Shown: positions 1 to 10,400 of the stretch, piece by piece
Layout: each line of letters starts with the position of its first letter
How positions within the stretch are numbered: the first letter of the stretch is position 1
From: Myxococcota bacterium
GTDB lineage: Bacteria; Myxococcota; UBA4151
Reading direction: 5' to 3'
NCBI GenBank assembly: GCA_040260805.1
Contig: JBDQPD010000023.1
Coordinates: 1 to 39,120, forward strand
Length of the DNA stretch: 39,120 nt
Translations under genes and position numbers: made by a program
Notes under the pieces: generated by a model
Told to the model about the DNA's origin: nothing
Database searches by the model: none
Seen by the model: only the letters and a program-made list of their open reading frames with translations

Positions 1-2469
1 CCCCCACGACCGCCTCAGAGTCCGGCAAACGGCGTCCTCGCCCAAGAAGTTGCAGCCGCCCTTCCCCTGCTCGCTCAGCGGCGCGTCCCGATGGTCGGCC
101 GCAGCGAGCTACAAACCCAACTCTGGGGGGCTTTTCGCCAAGCCGTCGATGCGCGCCGGATGAAGATCGCTATCCTCAGAGGCAGCGCAGGAGCGGGCAA
201 AACCCGCCTCGCTGAGTGGCTCTTTCGGTCAGGCCGAAGGGGCGGCTACGCCGACGGCTTGCAGGTTCGCCACAGCGCAGAGGTTTCGCCAGACAACGGA
301 TTGCTCGGCGCATTAAGGCGCTATCTTCAAGGCGAGGGGCTAGATAACCAAGCGCTCCTTGAGCACTGCGAAGCATGGCTAGAGCGTGCGGGTGAGCGCC
401 GGCCTTCTATCGCTAAACTGCTTGCAGCGTTGGTGCGTGATGGTGGCGGGATGACCCCGCAACAGCGGCATCAGACCCTGCGCAGTCTACTGAGGGTTCT
501 CGCCGATCGGCAGCCTATTATTCTTTGGATCGATGACCTTCAGTGGGGTCTTGATAGCTTAGAGTTCCTGCTTGAGATGGTTCATGGAGCCCCGATTCCC
601 AACCTGTTCGTCGTGTGCACCGTCCGCGACGAGGCGCTTGCGGACCGACAACAAGAAGTTGCCCTGCTCGACCACCTGCTCAGCTTTCAAACGGTTCAGA
701 GCCTTCACGTGCCTGCGCTCGACGAGCAGGCCATGACTCAGTTGACCGAGGACCATCTGCATTTGGCTTCAGAGTCAGCCAGTGCGCTGCGAGCGCGCAG
801 TGAAGGCAACCCACTCTTTGCGATTCAATGGGTCAATCATGCGATCTCAGAGCGACTCGTCGAGTGGACGGATCAGGGGCTCATGCTGCCACCCGCAGCC
901 CTAAATGACCTGCCCGCCGATGCGCTGCGCTTGTGCGGACAACGCATCGAAGGGACGATCAACCTGCTTCAGCCCGATTGGGTCGAGTCAGGGTTCAAAG
1001 CGCTGACAGCCGCTGCGGTCCTGGGCTCCGCCTTTGATTCAGAGGAATGGTTTAGCGCCTGCCGCTTGCTCGAGTTTGAGGGTGCGGAGCGCGTCTTGCA
1101 CCTCTCCTTGTCTCGACAAATCCTCGTGCCTTCAGGCGATAAGTTCTCCTTCTCTCATGGTCTGTTGCGCGAGGCAATTGTCCACGAGGCAGAGCAAAAG
1201 GGGGTTTTGGGCGCTGTGCGTGAAGCCTGCGGCAACGCCCTGCTCGAAGCCTTTGATGCGGGACGGCGTACGGTCGCAAATCGTCTCTACGATCTGCTCA
1301 AAAACTCGGGGCATCTCGAGGATGCTCTGAGTCCGCTCTTGGTGGCTGCCGATTTGGCGCAGACGGCGTTGGACTTACAAAAGACTGAATCGTTGCTCGT
1401 TGAAGCGGGAGCGATCTGCGATGCGATGGGTTTAGCGCCCGAAGCGCCCCCTCGAATCCGGCTAAGAACCTTCCAGTCCGAGGTCCGATTTAATCGACAC
1501 GATCTGGGTACAGCGTTCGATCTAGCAGAAGAGGCTCGACACCTAGCCGACGCCCAAGGGCTCCCTGAGCTCGCCGCTCGGGCGACGCTCGCTCTCGCCA
1601 ACGCAACCTTCGCCCAGGGTAAACTCCCGGAAGCGCTTGAGCTGTACCGCGGCTTGATCAACACCAACGCCGAACTCAAATCGCCGCGCCATGAGGCTCA
1701 GGCGCTCATCGGCACGGCGCGAGTTCTCGAAACTCTGGGTGAAGTCGCTGAGGCGAAACGTCAGCTCGAAGGCGCCCTAAAACTGGTCCCGGCATCTGGC
1801 GCTCAAAATGCTCAAACTCGTGCGGTTGCGCTTCGGCACCTCGCTGGCATTTCACAGATTCAAGGCAGCCTCGGCAGAGCCCAAAAGCTTCTGGGCGAGG
1901 CGCTGAAACTGGAGAACGCCACCGGAAATCAACCCGCGCTGTTGATCACCATGAGCTTTATGGGTGAGCTCTGTGTTCATCTGGGGCGCCCGAAAAAAGC
2001 GCGCCAGCTCTGCACCGATGCAGCGGCTGGCTTGATGGCGCTCGGCTCGGATCGTACCCATCATCCGCTGATGCAGCTCGCCTACCTTGCGATCGCCGAA
2101 GAGGATGCACAGGGGCTCAACAAGCGACTAGAGCAGCTAAACGAGCTCCATCAATCCAGCCCCTCACCTCGCCGTACGCTGCGTCTTCAAGCCCTAACCT
2201 TGTGGCTGAGCGCATACCATGGCGATTGGGCTCAATGGGACGAGAACGCCTCAACGATGGGCGAACGCTTCGGCGCGCATTCGATCTACAACGACCAGTT
2301 TGCTCGTGCGATCGCCAGCGCGGCGTTGCTCGTGGGTAAGCGAGGACAAGCCAGGCGCGCCCTACCGATGCTGGAGCTGGCGATGTCGATCCTGCAGCGG
2401 CTTGAGCTGCATGACGAACGCAAGCTACTGCGCGAGCGCTTCCGCCTGCTTGAGAAGCTCGAGCGTTAG
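1..2469 (+). CDS. STAND-type AAA ATPase with C-terminal TPR repeats; 5'-truncated, probably the C-terminal part of a Ser/Thr kinase-ATPase-TPR protein
   Basis: The frame is open from base 1 (PPRPPQSP...LAQRRVPMVGR). It shows 'VGR' before Walker A GSAGAGKT, Walker B ILWIDDLQW, SEGNPLF, FSHGLLRE, then Ala/Leu-rich helical TPR-like repeats. The N-terminal kinase is inferred from the usual myxobacterial architecture and is not seen. Confidence 0.8.
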   Translation, partial: PPRPPQSPANGVLAQEVAAALPLLAQRRVPMVGRSELQTQLWGAFRQAVDARRMKIAILRGSAGAGKTRLAEWLFRSGRRGGYADGLQVRHSAEVSPDNGLLGALRRYLQGEGLDNQALLEHCEAWLERAGERRPSIAKLLAALVRDGGGMTPQQRHQTLRSLLRVLADRQPIILWIDDLQWGLDSLEFLLEMVHGAPIPNLFVVCTVRDEALADRQQEVALLDHLLSFQTVQSLHVPALDEQAMTQLTEDHLHLASESASALRARSEGNPLFAIQWVNHAISERLVEWTDQGLMLPPAALNDLPADALRLCGQRIEGTINLLQPDWVESGFKALTAAAVLGSAFDSEEWFSACRLLEFEGAERVLHLSLSRQILVPSGDKFSFSHGLLREAIVHEAEQKGVLGAVREACGNALLEAFDAGRRTVANRLYDLLKNSGHLEDALSPLLVAADLAQTALDLQKTESLLVEAGAICDAMGLAPEAPPRIRLRTFQSEVRFNRHDLGTAFDLAEEARHLADAQGLPELAARATLALANATFAQGKLPEALELYRGLINTNAELKSPRHEAQALIGTARVLETLGEVAEAKRQLEGALKLVPASGAQNAQTRAVALRHLAGISQIQGSLGRAQKLLGEALKLENATGNQPALLITMSFMGELCVHLGRPKKARQLCTDAAAGLMALGSDRTHHPLMQLAYLAIAEEDAQGLNKRLEQLNELHQSSPSPRRTLRLQALTLWLSAYHGDWAQWDENASTMGERFGAHSIYNDQFARAIASAALLVGKRGQARRALPMLELAMSILQRLELHDERKLLRERFRLLEKLER

Positions 2470-3587
2470 CCGTTGCGAGCTGCGAAGTCCGTCATGAACT
2501 GACCCAATCCGTCGGCCCACTCATAAGGCGCAGCGTTGTAGATCGAGGCGCGTAAGCCGCCGACGCTTCGATGTCCTTTCAAGCCGCTCATCCCCTGGGC
2601 CGCAGACTCTTCGAGGAACTGAGCTTCGAGCGCCTCCGTGGGGAGTCGAAAGACCACATTCATGGTGCTTCGGCAGCCGCGCTCGACGGGACAGTTGAAG
2701 AAGTCGCTGCTGTCGATCACGTCGTACAAACGATTCGCTTTGCGAAGGTTCCTCGTCTTCATCGCCGCTAGCCCCCCCTCATCGCGTACCCACTCAAGGA
2801 CGTTGCGAATCATATAGATCGCAAAGGTCGGCGGGGTGTTGAACATCGAGTCTTTCTCGGCATGAGTTCGATACTGAAAGATCGTCGGCAGATCGCTTCG
2901 TCCGCGCTCGAGCAAGCTCTTGCGCACAATACAAACGACCACACCGCTCGGTCCAATGTTCTTCTGTGCGCCGGCGTAGATAAAGTCGAAGCGGCTGACA
3001 TCGAGCGGCTGCCACAAGAAGTCCGAGCTCATGTCACAAAATACGGGCGCATCGACCTCAGGCCAGGGTGAGCCTTCGTGACCGAACTGAACGCCATGGA
3101 TGGTCTCGTTGCTTGCGAATGAATAATACGCGGCGTTCGACGAGACCTGCCCACCGAGCTGCGTGTCTACGAACGCTGACGGCAGCTCGCCGTTAGGATT
3201 AGCCAACTCGATCGAGGCGCCGCAAGCCGCAGCCACGTTTTTACCCTCGGCATAAGCCTTCTTGCTCCAGGTACCGGTCACCAGTTGTGAACCGACCCCA
3301 CCCTCGGGAAGAAAATTCATCGGAAGCATCGCAAACTGTTGCGAGGCGCCGCCCTGAAGAAAGAGCACCTGGTGGGTATTAGGGACACCAGCTAATTCAG
3401 TGATCAAGTCGATCGCCTCTTGGTGAACCTGACTGTACACCGGACCCCGGTGGCTTTGTTCGATCACAGAGGTCCCGCAGCCTTGATAGTCGATGAACTC
3501 GGCCTGAGTTCGCTCAAGCACAGCCAAGGGAAGCGCAGCAGGTCCTGCCGAGAAATTCAGAATACGAGCCATGATGTTCTCCGTCAT
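2466..3587 (-). CDS. serC: Phosphoserine aminotransferase (PLP-dependent)
   Basis: Motifs NFSAGPA, LFLQGGASQQF, NETIHGVQF, DMSSD, YAGAQKNIGPSG (PLP lysine), FNTPPTF and GHRSVGGLRASIYNA. An AGGA RBS lies upstream of ATG 3587; an alternative start is 3572. Confidence 0.97.
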   Translation of the reverse strand: MTENIMARILNFSAGPAALPLAVLERTQAEFIDYQGCGTSVIEQSHRGPVYSQVHQEAIDLITELAGVPNTHQVLFLQGGASQQFAMLPMNFLPEGGVGSQLVTGTWSKKAYAEGKNVAAACGASIELANPNGELPSAFVDTQLGGQVSSNAAYYSFASNETIHGVQFGHEGSPWPEVDAPVFCDMSSDFLWQPLDVSRFDFIYAGAQKNIGPSGVVVCIVRKSLLERGRSDLPTIFQYRTHAEKDSMFNTPPTFAIYMIRNVLEWVRDEGGLAAMKTRNLRKANRLYDVIDSSDFFNCPVERGCRSTMNVVFRLPTEALEAQFLEESAAQGMSGLKGHRSVGGLRASIYNAAPYEWADGLGQFMTDFAARNG

Positions 3588-3741
3588 CGGTGGTTCCTAT
3601 TGGCCGGAATTTGGTTCGGACACCAGGCCGTGTTGAAGGCGAGTGCGCGAACAATTGGGGTTGCCGTTGAAGATGACCCAAAGCCGCCCCTAGCCGGCCT
3701 CGTTTGGCCTCTCTATAGTGCTGCCGGCTGGAGTCCTTACT

Positions 3742-6700
3742 ATGCGTCGATCGCTTGCCTTTCTCGTCCCCCTCGTTCTTATCGGTTGCCCTAAGTCAGA
3801 GCCTGATTCAGAGGCGTCGGCGGTTCAAAGAGTCACCGCTGATGGCGAGCTGCTCATCGCTCCGGACGCTGGAGTCGTGGCTGCTGCTCAAACGGTCGAT
3901 GCCAAGCGACCAGGCGAGGCGCCTGCGCCGACCATGGCGCAGCTCAAGCCCTCGTTTCGATGGCTTGGTGAATCGAAAGCTCGCCCTAAGGGGATCGAGA
4001 TCTCATTCGCTGAGCCCGTCTTCAAGCAGGGCTCGCGCGACGTCGCAAAAACCTTGGTCACGGTCGAACCGCAAACCAAAATGCACAACAGTGTGGGCAT
4101 CGCGAATCCATACTCCTTGGTGTACCTTTTCAAAGACCTGCCAGCGATGAGCAGCAGCTACCGATTTCAGCTTCGGGCGCTTCAGACCCGTTGGGGTTTG
4201 ATCGAAGGTGGCGACAACCCACCAACAGCGACGCTCAAAACCCCTGGATTTTATCTCTATGATTCCGAGCTGACCGAATCACGTGGCCGCTTGTTTCTCA
4301 ATGTCCATGCGAGCGCTCGAGCGGAGCTCGGATCGTTCAACAAACGGCTCAAGATCACCGCTGACGGCATCCCAGTGAGTGGCTGGACCACCAGAGCCGT
4401 GATTCGCAGCATGAGCATTGAGCTGCCGAGAGCCTACTCCCTGGCGAAGAGTTTTGCGATCGACATCGAGGCTGGCGTCGAGATGGTGGGCTCGGACGAG
4501 AAAGCTTCAGCCTACAGTCAGGTCCACACCCGATCGATTGGAAAACCCAAGGTCTCGATCGAAGGCATGGCTGTGGTCGCTAGCGCAGATGGTTTTGGGA
4601 TCGATGTGGTGTGCCACGATGAGAGCGTCGCTAAACGCAGGCGCTGGTTCTGGCACAGCGGCATGCGACGCAGCTTTCGAGTGGGTCATCGCTGCCTCCC
4701 CTCAAAAGACAGTGAGGCGATGATCGCTGTTGACCCGCCGGTCGACTTTCGAGTTGCGCCAGGGCGCGGCGGCTTTCGTCTCCTCGGCGATTTCCCGCGC
4801 GGGACCTACCGCATCAAGATCCTCAGCGGGATGACCACTGTCGACAATGGAACGCTGACCAAGGACTTCTCCAAAGTCCTTACCATCGGTCCGCGCGACG
4901 CGCACATCGAGTTTGTTGAAAACGGTCGCTACCTGCCGAGAAACGCCTGGAAAAAGCTCCGTTTCAAGCACCGTAATGTCGGCGAGTTGATCCTCACGGT
5001 GCGCCAGGTCCCACCCAAGAACCTCCCCTTTTGGCTCTCTTTCGGTACCGAGGTGGCGAATCAGCGTGACAGCGATGTGGTCATCAAAAGAGCCCTGCGC
5101 GTGAGCGGCGAGCCCGACAAGATGGTGACCGGCTCACTCGATGTCGCGAGCCTTATTGGAGATGATTTTAAAGGCGTGCTGCAAGTCAGGCTGGGCGCAC
5201 CGGGGGTCGATAGCACCACCCGGCTCCTGGTCAGTGACATGAATCTACTGGCTAAACGCTCACTGCAAACGGTCGCTAAAGACAAACTACCTGCTCAATA
5301 CAAGTACACCGCATGGGCGACTGCGATTCACAGTCATGAGGCGCTCCCGGGTGTGAAGATGAGCCTCATCGCGCCGAGCGGACGAGCCATCTCGGAGTGC
5401 ATCACCTCGAGCGAGGGCAGCTGCGAACTTGAGGACAAACGCTCGGACGCCATCGATCAAGCGGCAGGCACTGCGCTGATCGCGCAGCGCGGAGACGATC
5501 TCACGTACTTACGCTTTAAAGATCTGCAGCTGCCGCTCAACCAATCAAAAATTGGTGGTGAGCGCTACCGAGAGAGCAAGCCTTACCGAGCCTTCACCTA
5601 TGGTGACCGTGATCTTTATCGCCCAGCGGAAACCGCCCACCTGGTGACCATCGTACGAGAAGCGAATGACCAACCGCCCAAGGCGGGCTTACCGGTCGAG
5701 TTTTTAGTGCACGACCCGCGCCGCCGCAAGATCCTCAAGAAGATCGTCAAGACGGATGAAGCGGGCTTAGCCGCAACCAGCGTCAGTCTCTCAGCAATCG
5801 CTGCGACCGGCAGCTACTCAGTCACGGTTAATATCGGCGAGAAAAAAGTCAGCGGCAGCTCCTTTCGGGTCGAAGAGTTCATGCCTGAGCGGATGCGTGC
5901 GGACGTCAAAATGCGGCAAGAAGTCTTTGGGTCATCCGATCCACTCGAAGCCGATATCTCAGCCGAATACTTGTTTGGTGGCAGCGCCAAAGGCAGCCCG
6001 GTCGTCGTCGATTGTCGCTTCGCCCCAGGGACGCCCAAACCCGAGGGCTACTCAGAGTTCTCGTTTGTACCCTGGCAGGCTGAAGGAGTCGAGAAATCCG
6101 GCTCGATCTCAGGGCGTCCAAAGCCGCTCGATGCTGACGGCAAAACAACACACCGCTGCCAGCTAAAAGACGCCAAGGCCGACCGGCCGCTCAAGGTCAC
6201 CGTCGATGCTGCGGTCCAAGAGGCGGGAAGCGGAAGAACCACCCGGGCGGTGGCGAGCGCCTTGGTCTTACCCGAAGACATTCAACTCGGCGTCTCGGCG
6301 GCGAAAGGCAAACTCTCAAAAGGGAAAATGGCGAAGTTTGAGGCCGTTGTTCTCGACGCGAAAGGGCAGCTCAAGGTCGCCGCTAAGCCGGTCGTGTTTA
6401 CTTTGTTCCGGGTCGAGGAAGAGTACGCTTGGGGCTATGATGAGGAGCAGGACCGCTGGACCTATGACCATCGAACCCGTCTGATTGAAGAAGGCATGAA
6501 GGGTTTCGCCGAAGGACTGAGCAAGTATTCTGCGTCGTTCGAAGTCGCGAAGGATGCGCCGCGCTTTATGATCCGCGTCCAGACCGGGGCGACCCGCTCG
6601 GAGAAAGAAATTGAAGGGACAGGAAGTCGCTACTGGTGGCGTCGTAATGAGCGCTCTGCAGACCGCACACCATCGCCCGACCGCCCGGTCCAACTCCTGG

Positions 6701-9384
6701 TTAAAACCCCTAAGCAAGCCCGGGTCGGAGCTCCTTTTGAGGTCAGTTTTGAGGCGCCTTATGCCGGCCGCGCGCTGATCTCAATCGAGACCGATGAGCT
6801 CCGGCAGTCGTCATGGCACGCGGTCCAACCTGGCCCGCAAAGGATTCCGCTCACCGTCAGGACCTTCCAACCCAATGTGTACGTCAGCGTGTTGATCTTG
6901 AAGGATCCGCACCTCGAATCGCAACAAGCCTTTGTTCCGGGTCGAGCCTTTGGCTTGGCTTCCGTCGCCATAGACCCAGAGGACAAGCGTCAACCGATCA
7001 CCATCGACATACCGACCGAGGTTCGCCCCAACAGCGAGCTGTTGGTCAAGCTCGACCTTGGCAAGGGTGAGCCGGGTCGAAAGGTGACGATCGCTGCGAT
7101 CGATGAGGGTATTTTGTCTCTGACGCGGTACGAGACTCCAGACCCGATCAAGTCGCTGTACTCGAAGCGGCGACTCGAGGTGCTTACCTATGAGACCATC
7201 GGATGGAATCTGATGCTGCCCGCCAACGGCCTGAGCAAGGCTAAGGGCGGTGGCATGGCAGGTGGCGCCAAGCGCATCCAACCGACCAAACCGGTGGCGC
7301 TCTGGTCGGGCGTCGTCGAGGTCCCGATCAGTGGCAAACTCCAGCACAGCTTTAAGATCCCCACCTATCGTGGATCGCTCAAAGTGATGGTGGTTGCTGC
7401 CGGCCCGAAACGAGTCGGCTCCGCCGCTAAAGCCGTGCCAGTGCGCGACCCCTTGGTCCTGCTCGCTTCGCTGCCCAAACAACTCAGTCAAGGCGACCGC
7501 TTCTTCATTCCGGTCTCGCTGACCAACATGTCGGGCAAGGCGCAATCAGTTGATGTAACGGCATCTGCTGCCCCCATTAACATGGGCGGAAAAGCCGCTA
7601 AAGGCGGCCCCTCACTGCGCTTCATCAACGGCGCTAAGCGCAAGCTCAAACTCGGCGACGGCGAGAGCGGAATCGTTCGCTTCGAGGCGACTGCGCTTCG
7701 GGCGATCGGAGCAGCCAAACTCAGCGTCGAGGCTAAGGCTGGAGCCTTGGTCTCCAAGCAATCCCTTGATGTACCCTTTAGCCCTCAAGCGCCTCGCTCT
7801 CGGCAAACCCAGCGCATTGAGCTGGCAGCGGGTGAGAACAACCTCACCGAATACCTACAAGGGTGGCTGCCCACTACGGAGCGCAGCAGCATCTGGGTAA
7901 CGACCAACCCCTACGCCGACACCTTCAATCATCTCTCGCACCTGATCCGGTACCCCTACGGCTGCATCGAGCAAACGGTCTCTTCATCGCGCCCCTTGTT
8001 GTTCGCTGGGCTCGCGCTGTCGGCTGTCGATCCAGAGCTCGCCGAGAAGAAAAATATTCCTGCGATGATCAAAGCCGGGATCGACCGTGTCTTGTCGATG
8101 CAGACTCCGAGTGGCGGGTTCGCCTACTGGCCTGGCGGGAGCTCACCGAATGCGCACGGCTCGACCTATGCCGTTCACTTTCTACTCGATGCGGTCAAAC
8201 AAGGTCATGACGTACCGGACTATGCGATCAAGGACGCTGTTGGCTGGCTTGGTGACTGGGTCAACCAACCCCATCGCTACTCGTGGCACTTCAACACCAA
8301 AGCCTACGCTCACTATGTCATGGCGCGAGCAGGACAGGGTAGAAAAGGTCAAGCCAAGGCGATGCTCAGCGACATTCAAAACCATGCTGATTTCAAAAAA
8401 TCGGGGTATCGGAGAGGTTATCTCCTCGAGTCGCAGATGCTGCTTAAAGCCGCGCTGTACCTCAGCGGTGACCGGACCTTCGAGGGCGAGCTCAAAAAAC
8501 CGGATCTCTCGAAGATCAGCTCGAACCGCAGCAACGGCTGGTCCTTTTATTCGGACCTGCGCCGGCGAGCCAAAACGCTCGCTGTCGTCTCCGATCTGTT
8601 CCCGAGAGCCCAGGGCGGCGAAGCCCTTGCGCAATTGGTCGCTGGCCGACTGAAGCGAAAGAGTCGCTGGTACAGCACGCAAGAGCTCGCCTGGGCGCTC
8701 ACGGGCCTTGGGCTAAGGCTGGGTCAACTGGGTGATTTAGGGACCGTCGAATTGCTCGAGGGCGGCAAAGGGCTCAAAGCGACCGCCACCGGTAAGCTCG
8801 GACCGAGCTGGGACCTTTGGCGTGCCAGCGAGCGCAATAACCTAGTCGTTCGACTCAAGGGCGGTACGGGCAAACGCTATGCGATCCTTCGCAGCGACGG
8901 GATCCGCACCGACGCCAAATGGGAAGCGGGCGACCATGGGCTGCGCGTCTCACGGCAGATGCTGCGCCAGAACGGGACACCTTTTGATCCCGCGACGACC
9001 AACCTTGAGCTCGGTGAGATGGTTCAGATTCAGCTCAAGATTCAGAACCTGACCAACCTTGCGCAAGAGAACCTAGCCTTGGTCGATCGTTTGCCTGCTG
9101 GTTTCGAGATCGAAGCAGCCTCGTCGATCCGCGGATTCACTCAGCGACAATCTGGGCGCTGGGCGATCGCCCACCGCAACACGCGTGACGACCGCATCGA
9201 GCTGTTTGGGCGCTTAAACCGGAACCAAACGGCGACCTTTAACTACTCCGTTCGCGCCGTGAGCGCTGGGCAGTTTAGGCAGCCCCCGGTCGAGGCCGAG
9301 GCGATGTACAATCCAGACCTTCGCAGCCGCAAACTGGGCACGCAAGTGACGATCCAAGGACCCTGGCAAACGGATATCGACTAG
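3742..9384 (+). CDS. Bacterial alpha-2-macroglobulin family lipoprotein with intact thioester motif
   Basis: ATG 3742 gives MRRSLAFLVPLVLIGC (lipobox). Also present: DRDLYRPAE (MG2), FRVEEFMPER, AAIDEGILSLT, YPYGCIEQ thioester (Cys codon at 7963), QTPSGGFAYWPG, LVDRLPAGFEI, RDDR and AEAMYNP. Confidence 0.95.
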   Translation: MRRSLAFLVPLVLIGCPKSEPDSEASAVQRVTADGELLIAPDAGVVAAAQTVDAKRPGEAPAPTMAQLKPSFRWLGESKARPKGIEISFAEPVFKQGSRDVAKTLVTVEPQTKMHNSVGIANPYSLVYLFKDLPAMSSSYRFQLRALQTRWGLIEGGDNPPTATLKTPGFYLYDSELTESRGRLFLNVHASARAELGSFNKRLKITADGIPVSGWTTRAVIRSMSIELPRAYSLAKSFAIDIEAGVEMVGSDEKASAYSQVHTRSIGKPKVSIEGMAVVASADGFGIDVVCHDESVAKRRRWFWHSGMRRSFRVGHRCLPSKDSEAMIAVDPPVDFRVAPGRGGFRLLGDFPRGTYRIKILSGMTTVDNGTLTKDFSKVLTIGPRDAHIEFVENGRYLPRNAWKKLRFKHRNVGELILTVRQVPPKNLPFWLSFGTEVANQRDSDVVIKRALRVSGEPDKMVTGSLDVASLIGDDFKGVLQVRLGAPGVDSTTRLLVSDMNLLAKRSLQTVAKDKLPAQYKYTAWATAIHSHEALPGVKMSLIAPSGRAISECITSSEGSCELEDKRSDAIDQAAGTALIAQRGDDLTYLRFKDLQLPLNQSKIGGERYRESKPYRAFTYGDRDLYRPAETAHLVTIVREANDQPPKAGLPVEFLVHDPRRRKILKKIVKTDEAGLAATSVSLSAIAATGSYSVTVNIGEKKVSGSSFRVEEFMPERMRADVKMRQEVFGSSDPLEADISAEYLFGGSAKGSPVVVDCRFAPGTPKPEGYSEFSFVPWQAEGVEKSGSISGRPKPLDADGKTTHRCQLKDAKADRPLKVTVDAAVQEAGSGRTTRAVASALVLPEDIQLGVSAAKGKLSKGKMAKFEAVVLDAKGQLKVAAKPVVFTLFRVEEEYAWGYDEEQDRWTYDHRTRLIEEGMKGFAEGLSKYSASFEVAKDAPRFMIRVQTGATRSEKEIEGTGSRYWWRRNERSADRTPSPDRPVQLLVKTPKQARVGAPFEVSFEAPYAGRALISIETDELRQSSWHAVQPGPQRIPLTVRTFQPNVYVSVLILKDPHLESQQAFVPGRAFGLASVAIDPEDKRQPITIDIPTEVRPNSELLVKLDLGKGEPGRKVTIAAIDEGILSLTRYETPDPIKSLYSKRRLEVLTYETIGWNLMLPANGLSKAKGGGMAGGAKRIQPTKPVALWSGVVEVPISGKLQHSFKIPTYRGSLKVMVVAAGPKRVGSAAKAVPVRDPLVLLASLPKQLSQGDRFFIPVSLTNMSGKAQSVDVTASAAPINMGGKAAKGGPSLRFINGAKRKLKLGDGESGIVRFEATALRAIGAAKLSVEAKAGALVSKQSLDVPFSPQAPRSRQTQRIELAAGENNLTEYLQGWLPTTERSSIWVTTNPYADTFNHLSHLIRYPYGCIEQTVSSSRPLLFAGLALSAVDPELAEKKNIPAMIKAGIDRVLSMQTPSGGFAYWPGGSSPNAHGSTYAVHFLLDAVKQGHDVPDYAIKDAVGWLGDWVNQPHRYSWHFNTKAYAHYVMARAGQGRKGQAKAMLSDIQNHADFKKSGYRRGYLLESQMLLKAALYLSGDRTFEGELKKPDLSKISSNRSNGWSFYSDLRRRAKTLAVVSDLFPRAQGGEALAQLVAGRLKRKSRWYSTQELAWALTGLGLRLGQLGDLGTVELLEGGKGLKATATGKLGPSWDLWRASERNNLVVRLKGGTGKRYAILRSDGIRTDAKWEAGDHGLRVSRQMLRQNGTPFDPATTNLELGEMVQIQLKIQNLTNLAQENLALVDRLPAGFEIEAASSIRGFTQRQSGRWAIAHRNTRDDRIELFGRLNRNQTATFNYSVRAVSAGQFRQPPVEAEAMYNPDLRSRKLGTQVTIQGPWQTDID

Positions 9385-10400
9385 GACTTACCGATACGTA
9401 CTTGCTGCCACGCGTACGCGTACTCGACGCTGAGCAAGAGGATCAGCGAGCTGTAAAAGGTCCAGAGCACGATGATCATCAGCGCCGAGAAGGCGCCGTA
9501 AACGGCGTTGATTTGGGCGTGACCTAAGTACACCTGGAACCCTGCGCTGGCGATCCACCAGAGCAACGAAAACAGGATCCCGCCTCGCAGCGCGGGCAAC
9601 CATTTCACGCGAAAGCGGGTCAAGTATTTGAGCAGTAAGATAAAGAAGACGGCGATGACGACTCGATCCAGCAAGGTCGAGATCGGGAGATAGGTCTCGA
9701 TCACGTTCCAGGTCTTGAGAAAGAGGTCGGGCGCAAAGCGCTCCAAGAGCGGCAGACCTGCGTTGAAAATCCAATCGACCACCAGCAAAAGCAACACCGA
9801 GCCCATCGCAAAGGCGCCGAACAACAAACGAGACAAAACGACGGTTCGCAGCGACCCCTTGCGGATCTCACCGCCCCGCCAAATGCGCCAGACGCTGACC
9901 TCGAGGCCCCGAAACACCGCGCCGCCCATGATAATCAAGATGACCAAACCGGTCAGACCAATCGCGCTGCGAGCGGCGACCACCTCTCGCAGCTTATCGA
10001 TCACCTCGGGCGTCACAAAAGCGTAGCCCTGAATAGGCTCGAGCAGCTGGTCAAACTGCTCCACGCTGCCTTGTGTGTGCCCGTGGGTGACGAACCCAAG
10101 CACGGACAACATCAGCAACAAGAACGGGATGAACGACAAGATCGCATAAAAGCTCACCGCCGCAGCATTCATCCAGTCTTCGTTATTGGCGAAATTACGA
10201 CAGGCGCGAACCAAGATCCGGATCTCTTTGCCCAGCTGAACGCCCTGGTTGCCGGTGCGCTGCAGCGCCTCGAGCACCTCTTGCGGGGCGCCCATGAGGT
10301 CGACGATCCCACCTTTTCCCGATGGCTGGGTCTCACCAGTGGCTGGGTCCTGCTCAGCGGGCTCACTGGAGTTGTGCTCAGCAGGCTGGTGGTCCGTCAT
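9381..10400 (-). CDS. YihY/virulence factor BrkB family inner-membrane protein
   Basis: Motifs AAAVSFYAILSFIPFLL and VYGAFSALMIIVLWTFYSSLILLL, with about 6 TM segments. The ATG overlaps the der stop (ATGA). Confidence 0.9.
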   Translation of the reverse strand: MTDHQPAEHNSSEPAEQDPATGETQPSGKGGIVDLMGAPQEVLEALQRTGNQGVQLGKEIRILVRACRNFANNEDWMNAAAVSFYAILSFIPFLLLMLSVLGFVTHGHTQGSVEQFDQLLEPIQGYAFVTPEVIDKLREVVAARSAIGLTGLVILIIMGGAVFRGLEVSVWRIWRGGEIRKGSLRTVVLSRLLFGAFAMGSVLLLLVVDWIFNAGLPLLERFAPDLFLKTWNVIETYLPISTLLDRVVIAVFFILLLKYLTRFRVKWLPALRGGILFSLLWWIASAGFQVYLGHAQINAVYGAFSALMIIVLWTFYSSLILLLSVEYAYAWQQVRIGKS

